A stretch of 37,147 bases of DNA from Kiritimatiellia bacterium (GCA_045643325.1 JAZUKQ010000112.1:1-37147); one strand, 5' to 3'. Shown: positions 1-7,401, counted from the first letter of the stretch. Made by a program: numbers and translations. The notes: generated by a model from the letters alone, not told the origin.

Positions 1-2
1 GA

Positions 3-275
3 CCGCTTGGCCTCCGACTTCCCAAATCCGACACGTTGGTCCCGGTCTCCGACAAGCCCGCCGCTTCCGCGCAGCCCGTCGCGATCACGGACTCCGTGAG
101 CTTTCTTGACTCCGAGGACGGCTACCGCACCTACGTCATCAAAGAAGGCGACACCCTCTCCACGATTGCCACCAGTTTCATGGTCTCCAAGGTCGAGCTT
201 CTCCAGCTCAATAACCTGAATATCTACTCCAAGCTCGAGCCCGGGACCTCCATCAAGATTCCCGCCGCGAAATAA
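3..275 (+). CDS. LysM domain protein, C-terminal part (5' end lies outside the window)
   Basis: The frame is open from the window edge. The C-terminal 'YVIKEGDTLSTIATSFMVSKVELLQLNNLNIYSKLEPGTSIKIP' fits the LysM consensus (GDTL..IA....L...N.L....L..G..I.IP). Stop TAA at 273-275. Confidence 0.75.
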   Translation, partial: PLGLRLPKSDTLVPVSDKPAASAQPVAITDSVSFLDSEDGYRTYVIKEGDTLSTIATSFMVSKVELLQLNNLNIYSKLEPGTSIKIPAAK

Positions 276-307
276 TCCTTCGCCCGCCCGGAAAGGAGCT
301 CCCGCCC

Positions 308-1441
308 ATGCGGCTTGGTTCCCTTCTCATCGGCCTGGGCGCCGGGATGCTGATTCTCATCGGTCTGACGATGGTGTCCAGCGTGTCCGATGCCCAGGCC
401 ATCCAGTTTAATAACGACGCCAATCACTTCGCGCTCCACCAGATCACCTTCGCGGCCGCAGGGGCGGTGGTTGCGTTTCTCGCCGTTCCGCGGGTTCCCT
501 ACACGTGGCTCAAGCAGAGACCGATCCGGATACTCCTTCTCCTCGCCGCCTACGGAGGTCTGGTCGCGACCTTGCTCTTCGCGCCGGAAGAGGCCGTCAA
601 AGGCGCCCGCCGCTGGATTAGGCTCGGTCCTCTGAAAATCCAGCCCTCCGAGTTCGTCCGCGTCGCGCTCTGCGTCTTCCTCGCCGCCTGGTCCGCCGCG
701 CCGACCCGACGCAACGAGAAGTATGTCCAAGGCATCCTGATCCCAGGGCTTCTCGTCGCGCCCGCGGCGCTGATGCTCATCAAACAGCCAGACTACGGGT
801 CCGCCATCCTGCTCGCCGTCATCACGGGCGTCATCCTCTTCTCCGCCGGCGTGAACCTCAAGCACCTCGCCTTGTCCGCCCTCCCGTGCGCCTTGCTTGT
901 CCTCGGGATGCTCCTCGCCGACACGGAGCACCGCAACCGGATCCTCGCGTTCGTCAAGCCGGACATTCTCTCGAGCGACGAGACGCTCCAGATCGAGGCC
1001 TCGCTCAGCGCGTTCCGGCGCGGCGGCCTCTTCGGACGGGGGCTCCACGAGAGCATCATGAAGGAGGGGTTTCTTCCCGAGGCCCACACCGACTTCATCC
1101 TCGCCGTCACCGGGGAGGAACTCGGGCTCTTCGTGACGATCCTGGTCCTTGCCGGCTATGTGCTCATCCTCTCCGGCGGTTTCCGCATCGCGCGGGCGAC
1201 GGACGACAAGTTCGGCAAGCTCCTCGCCATCGGGCTCACCTGCCATCTCGCCTTCGCGGGCGCCGCGAATATCGCGGTCGTCACCCGGTTCGCCCCGACG
1301 AAAGGCCTCGCGCTCCCCTTCATGAGCTACGGAGGCTCCAATATGCTCGCCTCGTGTCTCGTGCTCGGCCTGCTTTTTTCCGTCGCGCGCCACGCGCGCG
1401 GCGCCGGTCTGTTTCCCCCGCCCGTATCGCTCAACCGCTGA
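308..1441 (+). CDS. SEDS-family peptidoglycan glycosyltransferase (FtsW/RodA/SpoVE)
   Basis: Polytopic membrane protein. Family motifs present: 'LPEAHTDFILAVTGEELGL' and 'GLALPFMSYGGSNMLASCLVLGLL'. GGAAAGGAG Shine-Dalgarno lies ~9 nt upstream of the ATG. FtsW and RodA cannot be distinguished by eye. Confidence 0.88.
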   Translation: MRLGSLLIGLGAGMLILIGLTMVSSVSDAQAIQFNNDANHFALHQITFAAAGAVVAFLAVPRVPYTWLKQRPIRILLLLAAYGGLVATLLFAPEEAVKGARRWIRLGPLKIQPSEFVRVALCVFLAAWSAAPTRRNEKYVQGILIPGLLVAPAALMLIKQPDYGSAILLAVITGVILFSAGVNLKHLALSALPCALLVLGMLLADTEHRNRILAFVKPDILSSDETLQIEASLSAFRRGGLFGRGLHESIMKEGFLPEAHTDFILAVTGEELGLFVTILVLAGYVLILSGGFRIARATDDKFGKLLAIGLTCHLAFAGAANIAVVTRFAPTKGLALPFMSYGGSNMLASCLVLGLLFSVARHARGAGLFPPPVSLNR

Positions 1442-1505
1442 TTTCCGTCCCGCGGAAAACCGCCCTACGCCCCGGAAGGGGCCAACCAACCATCAGGAGA
1501 ATCCC

Positions 1506-2300
1506 ATGAAACTCGGCATGATCAAAAACGACTGCACCGAAGACGCGTTCCGCTACGTCCAAGGCAAGGGTCTCGACTTCATCGAACTGTGCTGCAACTT
1601 CCCGGCGGACTCCGACCGTCTCTTCAAAGCCGCCGCGAAAATGGCGAAATGGATCGACAAATACGACATGCCGGTGCTTTCCTGCGGGCGCTGGAACGGC
1701 GACGGCGGCCCGCTCGACGCGCAGGGCAAGGTCAAGACGGCCTACGTCAAAGAGTGCAAGAAGCTGATCGACACCTGCGCGAAGCTCGGGTGCCCCGTCT
1801 TCCACTGCGGTGTGAACCGCGTCGAGGGCATGAGCCTTTTCCGCAACTACGCGGCGGCCATCGACTATCTCCGCATGCTCATCGAGTACGCGGCCCCGAA
1901 GGGCGTCCAGATCTCGACCTACAACTGCCACTGGAACAGCTTCCTCGACAACATGGAGGCCTGGGAGATGGTCCAGGGCGAGCTTCCGGAGCTCGGCATC
2001 AAGTTCGACGCCTCGCACTCGGTCGGCGCGGGCCGCGACTACATGGAGGAGCTCCGCCGCTGGGCGCACCGCTTCTGCCACGTCCACGTGAAGGGGGCGC
2101 TCCGCGTGAACGGCCAGTATGTCGACGATCCGCCCGCGGGCATCGACATGCTCAACTGGCCGGCGATTCTCGGCATGCTCTACAAGGCGGGCTTCGACAA
2201 GACGCTCTCCATCGAGCCGCACTCCGCGACGTGGAAGGACGACCTCGGCGAGCGCGGTCTCGACTACACCATCCGCTACATCCGCTCGCTGATGGTGTAG
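1506..2300 (+). CDS. Xylose-isomerase-like TIM-barrel protein (sugar phosphate isomerase/epimerase family)
   Basis: 264 aa. General family resemblance ('GLDFIELC', 'AKLGCPVFHCG', 'FCHVHVKG', 'LSIEPH'). AGGAGA RBS 6 nt before the ATG. High GC3. Confidence 0.7.
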   Translation: MKLGMIKNDCTEDAFRYVQGKGLDFIELCCNFPADSDRLFKAAAKMAKWIDKYDMPVLSCGRWNGDGGPLDAQGKVKTAYVKECKKLIDTCAKLGCPVFHCGVNRVEGMSLFRNYAAAIDYLRMLIEYAAPKGVQISTYNCHWNSFLDNMEAWEMVQGELPELGIKFDASHSVGAGRDYMEELRRWAHRFCHVHVKGALRVNGQYVDDPPAGIDMLNWPAILGMLYKAGFDKTLSIEPHSATWKDDLGERGLDYTIRYIRSLMV

Positions 2301-2339
2301 CCGCCGCCGTCGCCCGTTCCGGCGGCGGTTTCTGTTCTC
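2301..2339 (+). terminator. Rho-independent terminator after the TIM-barrel gene
   Basis: Perfect 9-bp GC stem CCGCCGCCG (2301-2309) / CGGCGGCGG (2320-2328) with a 10-nt loop. It is followed by the T-rich tail TTTCTGTTCTC and starts right after the TAG stop. Confidence 0.65.
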
Positions 2340-2430
2340 GGGGATGAGGAAAGGCTCAAGACAGCGGGGCGCGCGCGCCCCCCTGTTTTGTCGGACATCT
2401 CCGAACCGCGCGGGCTGTTGTTTCCCCGGG

Positions 2431-2903
2431 ACATTCCCATTTTTGGCTCGGGCGCAAAATGCGACACCCCCTGTCGCCTCGACAGCCCCCTCGGAGGGGG
2501 CCGGGCTCGCCCGAAAGCGAGCGCGCGGAGCCCCGAAGACGCCGCCGCCCGCCGCAGGCGCCTCCCTCGAGGGAGGTGGCGCGCAGCGCCGGTGGGTGTT
2601 GCCGCCGCCCCCGCAAAACACCCCCAGTCGCCTGCGGCGACAGCCCCCTCGGAGGGGGCCGGGCTCCGCCCGATCGCCGCGCCGCACCTTTGCGGCGCAC
2701 GGTGTACTCCCCCAGCCGCAAGCGGCAGCCCCCTCGCGGAGGGGGCCGGGCTCCGCCCGATCGCCGCGCCTCCCCGGGTCCGCGACCGCCGCCCGCCGCA
2801 GGCGCCTCCCTCGAGGGAGGTGGCGCGAGGCGCCGGTGGGTGTTGCCCCGCCCCGGGCCACCTCTTGCCGCAACGCCGCCGAGGGGTGTACACCGTGCGG
2901 CGG
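2431..2903. repeat. Mosaic GC-rich palindromic repeat array, locus A (modules P-Q-P-P'-Q' plus an inverted terminal fragment)
   Basis: P-type units start near 2461, 2618 and 2697, with core (A/C)CCCCCAG(T/C)CGCC..GGCG(A/G)CAGCCCCCTC..GAGGGGGCCGGGCTCCGCCCGA. Q-type units lie at 2541-2630 and 2784-2850, with core GCCGCAGGCGCCTCCCTCGAGGGAGGTGGCGCG.AGCGCCGGTGGGTGTTGCC..CCCCGCAAAACACCCCCAGTCG. The same modules recur at loci B, C and D. Confidence 0.9.
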
Positions 2904-3758
2904 ATGAGCCGTCGAGCACACTCACGCACTTGCGCACACCCTGCAACGATGCAGCCTATGTCCTCCGCCCGAGCCGATCGCTGTGCGCTGCATCCGCTAA
3001 AAAAACGGGAAATGTCGAATGGAGCGCGCGGTCGCGGGGCGATCGCCCTGTCGATTCACACCCGACAACAAATCGGAAACAAGTGAGACCGTTTGGACAA
3101 GCGGTTCCCGTCCGGGCCGGTTCAGACCTCTGCGGATATCCAATTTCGAACCGTTCCCGGCCAAATGATATAGACTGTCCCGCGTTCGCCCAATTTCGAA
3201 TGAGCTCACGCAAAAGGATTGTTTCATCATGGTCAAGTTCCGGGTTCCGTATCGTCCCGCCTCCGGACACATCAAGCAGACATCCCGTTTCCCGGATGTC
3301 TGTGCCGCCCCCTTCTCCACCACGCCGGATGCCGCCGGCACCGTTCTCCCCCGCGCGGGAGCCGTCGGAATGATCGCGCGGCGTGTTCAAATCGCCTATG
3401 GACCAGGGAAGCTCATCGTCGAACATCGGAATACGCTTTCCAGACGGAATCCGGCGCGTCCGGAATCCGGCGGCGGACAGACACCCCGACGCATGGATCC
3501 CCGGAAAACACCGCAAGGGAATCACGCGGACGGAAAGAACAAGAAGAATTCCGAGGCCGGGGTCTTCCGGGAACATCTTCCGTTTCATCGGAGACGCTAT
3601 TCGCAGATTCCGTCCGTCCGGGGGGAAAGGCAGGATGTGGCCGTTCTGGCCTCGATCTTCAGCCTCGACGAGCGCAGCCTTCTCGATTTTTTTCGAAACC
3701 GGCAGACGCCGAACGGAAAAACAGTCCACGGAACGCTTATCTAGAACAGAAAGGAAAT

Positions 3759-3854
3759 CAGCCTATGAAACAAAACACGGAACAGCCTATGGAACAGCGC
3801 ACGGAAAAATCGATGGATCAGACCGAGAATCAGCCCATGAGACAAAATAAGAAA
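3759..3854 (+). repeat. Four tandem 24-nt (8-codon) repeats spanning the start of the 3765 CDS
   Basis: The units are cagcctatgaaacaaaacacggaa, cagcctatggaacagcgcacggaa, aaatcgatggatcagaccgagaat and cagcccatgagacaaaataagaaa. They encode QPMKQNTE, QPMEQRTE, KSMDQTEN and QPMRQNKK. Each unit carries an in-frame ATG (3765, 3789, 3813, 3837). Confidence 0.85.
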
Positions 3855-4877
3855 GAGACCCCGAAGAAGACCCGTTCTCCTCGCCTCCGCGACGGAATCC
3901 GCTGCTCCGTCCTCCTCCTCGCCCTCGTCCTCGCGGTCCTCGCGAACGTCCGGGGCCGCATCTCCTCCTCCCGTTTCCAGGCCGAACAGGAAAAGGCGCA
4001 ACGGGCCCGCTACCAGGAGGAGGTCGCCCGGTGCAAGGTCCAGATCGGCGAGGAGGCGACCCGCTACGAGGCGGAGAACCGCCGGCTCTACAACGAGTTC
4101 ATGACCTACCTGGACTCCGAGGGAAGCCGCGGATTCGACGCGGCGCGCGCCGAGGTCCCCCGGCTCGCCGGCCAGTACAACCGCTTCGGAAAGGCCTCCG
4201 CCCTGGTCAGGAAAATCGCGTTCGACTCGCTCAAAAAGACGGACTCGACCGGCGAGATGATCCGCAAGGACCTCGCGGAACCGCTCAGCCGCCCCTGCAT
4301 CGAGGCAAGCGCCGCCGTCTGCGCCCGCTACAACCGCATGATTAACGCCATGGAGGCCAACCGGAGGGCGTCCGCCGCGGCCCTTTCCCAGACCTTGGAA
4401 ACCCTCGGCGACACGGCGCCCATGGAACTGCCCCTGAAACGCTTTCAGCAGCGCGTCGGGGACGTCGAGGCCCGCATCCGCGATCTGGGCGTGGAGCAGG
4501 CCCTGACAACGCTGTCCGTCGGGCTGGAGGCCGTGTTCATCCGGAGCACCGTGCGCGCCATGGCCAATATCGCCGTCAGGACCTCGGCGAAGGTCGCCGG
4601 GAAGGCGGCCGTCAGCGCGGCGCTCCCGCTGGCGGACGGGCCGCTCCCCATCGGCGACATCATCGCCGTCGTCGGATTCGCCTGGACGGCCTGGGATGTC
4701 TGCCGGCTCGCCAGGGTGCTTCCCCGGGAACTCCGCGCGTCCATGACCCAGATGATCGACACACTTCAGCAGGACACCCTCGTCCAAGCCAGGACGCGGG
4801 CCGAGTCCGCGCTCGACGCCTACACCCGGGCGGGAAGCGAACTCCGGACGGCCGCACTCTCCACCATCGTCCAGTAA
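3765..4877 (+). CDS. Hypothetical membrane protein: N-terminal 8-aa repeats, TM helix, long helical/coiled-coil region, second hydrophobic segment near the C-terminus
   Basis: The annotated ORF starts at 3219, but the protein-like part begins at ATG 3765, preceded by AAAGGAAA. TM 'CSVLLLALVLAVLANV'. Heptad-like charged region 'FQAEQEKAQRARYQEEVARCKVQIGEEATRYEAENRRLYNEF'. Second hydrophobic patch 'PIGDIIAVVGFAWTAWDV'. No family recognised. Confidence 0.7.
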   Translation: MKQNTEQPMEQRTEKSMDQTENQPMRQNKKETPKKTRSPRLRDGIRCSVLLLALVLAVLANVRGRISSSRFQAEQEKAQRARYQEEVARCKVQIGEEATRYEAENRRLYNEFMTYLDSEGSRGFDAARAEVPRLAGQYNRFGKASALVRKIAFDSLKKTDSTGEMIRKDLAEPLSRPCIEASAAVCARYNRMINAMEANRRASAAALSQTLETLGDTAPMELPLKRFQQRVGDVEARIRDLGVEQALTTLSVGLEAVFIRSTVRAMANIAVRTSAKVAGKAAVSAALPLADGPLPIGDIIAVVGFAWTAWDVCRLARVLPRELRASMTQMIDTLQQDTLVQARTRAESALDAYTRAGSELRTAALSTIVQ

Positions 4878-4925
4878 GGCGCCGCGCCCGGACTTCATGA
4901 AACCATCTCAACGAAAGGTCGCGAT

Positions 4926-5768
4926 ATGAAACATTCCAAGATTCCCCTCCTCCTTCTCTCCGCGCTGCTCCTTTCCGCAGCGTCCTCCGTCCTCGCCAGT
5001 CCGATTTCCGGGGCCAAGACCGGCATCAAGGCGCTTCTCCACTACGGCGACGATGTCGCGAAAGCCGCCGCCCGCTGCGGCGACGATGTCGCGAAGACCG
5101 GGGCGAAAGCCGCCGCGAAAGAGGGCGGGACGGCGGCATCCTGCGCCGACGACCTGATCGGGGCCGCGGTGAAAAACGGCGACGAATCCGCGAAAGCCGG
5201 AGGGGAGGTTCTCGGGCACGGCGCCGACGACGCCGCCCGGCTGGCTTCGGAAGTCCTCGAACGCTCCCGGCTGGTCCAGGCGGTCGCCGCGCAGTCCGAC
5301 GACGCGCTGAAAGCCGCAGAAAAAGCGCTCCCGGCAGAAGCGGCGCCGAGGGGCGTCCGCCGCGTGCGCTTTCCCAATCCGAGCCCGAAGCAGATCATGG
5401 CCGGAGGCGTGGCCGTCGGAACGGTCGTCGCGGCTCATGAAGTGGCGGACGGCGCGCAGACGTTGGAAAGAGACATCGGCGATTCCATCAAGAACGTCGA
5501 GCAAAACTCGCCGGAACTCCTTCCGAAAATCTTGTCCGAGCTGACGCGGCCTGCGACCGCCGCGGCCGCGACCGTGACGCTGGCCGCCGTCGGATGCGCC
5601 CTGTACGTCTTCTTCCCGCTGATGGCCCGCGCGCGCGCCCGGCTCGCCGCGCGAAAACCGTCCAAAAAAAAGACGCGGCGGGACCGGACACGACGCCGGA
5701 AACGCGCGACGCCGCACGACAAGAATCGTCCGGAAAACCATAACCCAACCACAACGGAGTCTGTATGA
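4926..5768 (+). CDS. Hypothetical secreted Ala-rich protein with C-terminal TM anchor and polybasic tail
   Basis: Signal peptide 'MKHSKIPLLLLSALLLSAASSVLASP'. Internal 33-nt direct repeat encoding 'GDDVAKAAARC / GDDVAKTGAKA' (5046-5111). TM 'AAATVTLAAVGCALYVFFPLMA' followed by 'RARARLAARKPSKKKTRRDRTRRRKR'. GAAAGG RBS. Confidence 0.75.
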   Translation: MKHSKIPLLLLSALLLSAASSVLASPISGAKTGIKALLHYGDDVAKAAARCGDDVAKTGAKAAAKEGGTAASCADDLIGAAVKNGDESAKAGGEVLGHGADDAARLASEVLERSRLVQAVAAQSDDALKAAEKALPAEAAPRGVRRVRFPNPSPKQIMAGGVAVGTVVAAHEVADGAQTLERDIGDSIKNVEQNSPELLPKILSELTRPATAAAATVTLAAVGCALYVFFPLMARARARLAARKPSKKKTRRDRTRRRKRATPHDKNRPENHNPTTTESV

Positions 5769-6202
5769 CGAACAACCGTCATGTCAAGATCATCCACGAA
5801 CTGAGGAGCGTCCCGTTCGACGGCAAGCTCTCCGATATGGTCCGTATCTCCGTCCTCCGGGACGGAGACAGGGATGTCGCGGTCGCCAAGTTCTATTCCG
5901 GGAAGCTGCGGGTGTACTGCAGTCTGGCGTTGGTGAAGGCCGCGGGAGACTGGATGTCGACGGAGAAGTACACGGCCGTCGGCAGCACGGTCAAGTTCGG
6001 GCCGGAAAAGACCCGGTACGGACGGGCGCTCCTCGACGCCCTGAGGCAGATCGGCATCACGTACAGCAGGCATGTCGGGTCGAGCACCCATGACTACATC
6101 GACTGTCTGCGCGCCGTGGTCAACCGGCTCGGGCTGGCGAGCAAGACAAGCCACCATCTCTATCGGGCCGACACGCGGTCCGAAAGCGGGGCGGCGACAT
6201 GA
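5765..6202 (+). CDS. Hypothetical cytosolic protein (145 aa), translationally coupled to the preceding gene
   Basis: The ATG overlaps the upstream TGA (ATGA at 5765-5768). GC3 is very high in this frame. No TM segment or signal peptide. No family recognised. Confidence 0.72.
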   Translation: MTNNRHVKIIHELRSVPFDGKLSDMVRISVLRDGDRDVAVAKFYSGKLRVYCSLALVKAAGDWMSTEKYTAVGSTVKFGPEKTRYGRALLDALRQIGITYSRHVGSSTHDYIDCLRAVVNRLGLASKTSHHLYRADTRSESGAAT

Positions 6203-6409
6203 CGGGACGTCCGGACCGGGCAGGAAGATTTCTTGGCGATTCCATGAGCCAACGCGGCGGCATCCCGCGCGAAGCGCCGAGGAACGGGATTCCGTTCCGT
6301 CGCGTGGCATCTATGTCTTTTCCCGTGAAGCGGGCAGCATTCGTCCCGTCGCGACGAGGCAAGACCGTGCGCCGCGACCTTTTTCCAACCGCCGGACACC
6401 GTTTTCCGC

Positions 6410-6415
6410 TATAAT
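6410..6415 (+). promoter_or_regulatory. Candidate -10 box (TATAAT) upstream of the metallophosphoesterase gene
   Basis: Perfect TATAAT within otherwise GC-rich intergenic DNA. No good -35 at 17 nt. An ATG lies 6 nt downstream (6422). Confidence 0.25.
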
Positions 6416-6495
6416 GGCCGCATGAACGCATCCCTCTCCACGCCGCGGCCGGCGCGCTCCGGCCTGCCGCACCGCACCGCTCCGGACGTCGCCCG

Positions 6496-7401
6496 ATGAA
6501 CAACCTCGTCTCCGTCCTCGACGCCGACCGGGCCGCGCTCCGCCGCTTCTGGGTTTTCTCGGACCTTCAGCAGCAGGATCCCGAAAACGCGCGCCGCTGC
6601 ATGCTCGCCGGCGTCGAAGACTTCCTCTCACTGCGCGTCCCCGTGGACGCCGTCTGCTACCTCGGCGACTCCACCGAGGGAAAAAACCTCGCCCACCTCC
6701 GCGAAATGGCCGACATGCAGGTCCGCGCGCTCGCCCGCGTCGACGCCCCCGTCTACTACGCCATGGGCAACCACGAGATGGACTACCTCCGCTACGCCGG
6801 CGTCCCGGGACGAGCCTGCATCCCCATGCGCGAGCGCATCGCCGGCGAGCCCCAGTGGCACACGACCGAACGCGTCGACGACTGGACGTTCTCGGCGGAC
6901 TTCGGCGGACTCGTCCTGTTCTTCCTCTCCGACCACGCCGCGCCGGACGGCTCGTGGTGCACGACGCACTGCTACCTCCAGAACCCCGCCCGCGTCCCCA
7001 ACCCGCACGACGCCGGAACCGCCCGCGAGGAGACCCTGCGCCGGCTGGCCGCGGTCGACCGGCCCTTCTTCACGTTCTCCCACTACGGCTTTCCGGGCGG
7101 AAACCGCGACGACGACGAGGGCCCGCTCCAACGGGAACTGCTCCCCCTTCCCCCGAACCACATCGCCCACTTCTACGGGCACAGCCACATCGGCGACGCC
7201 TACTGGGGAAAACAGAACGTCTTCCGGCAGATCTCCACCATCGAGCGCTCGGCGGCCACGCAGTTCGACATCGCCTCGCTGGAGAACCGGCGCGGCTCGG
7301 CGGTCCGCTCCGCGGTCCTCGAATGGTACGGCGGCCGCCATTACGGCGTCTTCTTCCGCAATCACACGGAAAGAAGATGGGAAAAGACGTATCTGCAATA
7401 G
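6496..7401 (+). CDS. Calcineurin-like metallophosphoesterase
   Basis: Ordered family motifs: 'VFSDLQ' (D-x-[H/Q]), 'YLGDSTEG' (GD), 'GNHEMDY' (GNHE), 'FSHYG' (H), 'YGHSHIGD' (GH-x-H). No signal peptide. Confidence 0.8.
   Translation: MNNLVSVLDADRAALRRFWVFSDLQQQDPENARRCMLAGVEDFLSLRVPVDAVCYLGDSTEGKNLAHLREMADMQVRALARVDAPVYYAMGNHEMDYLRYAGVPGRACIPMRERIAGEPQWHTTERVDDWTFSADFGGLVLFFLSDHAAPDGSWCTTHCYLQNPARVPNPHDAGTAREETLRRLAAVDRPFFTFSHYGFPGGNRDDDEGPLQRELLPLPPNHIAHFYGHSHIGDAYWGKQNVFRQISTIERSAATQFDIASLENRRGSAVRSAVLEWYGGRHYGVFFRNHTERRWEKTYLQ

Noticed and set aside
224-1489. 421-aa minus-strand ORF opposite the SEDS gene
   Set aside because: The plus-strand product has unmistakable FtsW/RodA motifs and TM helices. 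The minus ORF is charged low-complexity sequence.
2431-2903. Possible CRISPR array, given repeated GC-rich palindromic units
   Set aside because: The units are of three different types and 60-90 nt long. Their spacing is irregular, some overlap or abut with no unique spacers of uniform size, one locus is inverted, and no cas genes are present. The architecture fits REP/BIME-like mosaics, not CRISPR.
1431-2946. Long ORFs running through repeat locus A (for example 1431-2921 minus, 2276-2929 minus, 2344-2907 plus, 2459-3373 plus). Similar ORFs cross loci B, C and D (8909-9334, 19104-19301, 33105-33434).
   Set aside because: The translations are Arg/Pro/Gly/Ala low-complexity strings that repeat only because the DNA repeats ('PPSREVARSAGGCC', 'APSEGAGLRP'). 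They are open on both strands simultaneously, which is the expected artefact of GC-rich palindromic DNA.
2956-3744. ORFs in the gene-poor stretch (2956-3729 minus, 257 aa; 3229-3744 plus, 171 aa; the 5' part of 3219-4877)
   Set aside because: Third-position GC bias is weak in every frame, the translations are not protein-like, and no motif is recognised. The tail of the 3229-3744 frame ('VAVLASIFSLDERSLLDFFRNRQ') is the least implausible, so it stays flagged in a finding rather than called as a CDS.
6199-6414. 71-aa ORF whose ATG overlaps the stop of the 5765-6202 gene (a second ATGA junction), possibly a fourth gene of the module
   Set aside because: The sequence is Arg-rich and not protein-like, with clearly lower GC3 than the three upstream genes. 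It also contains a perfect 7-bp hairpin (GGAACGG-gatt-CCGTTCC, 6281-6298) that is more suggestive of non-coding 3' UTR structure. It cannot be fully excluded.
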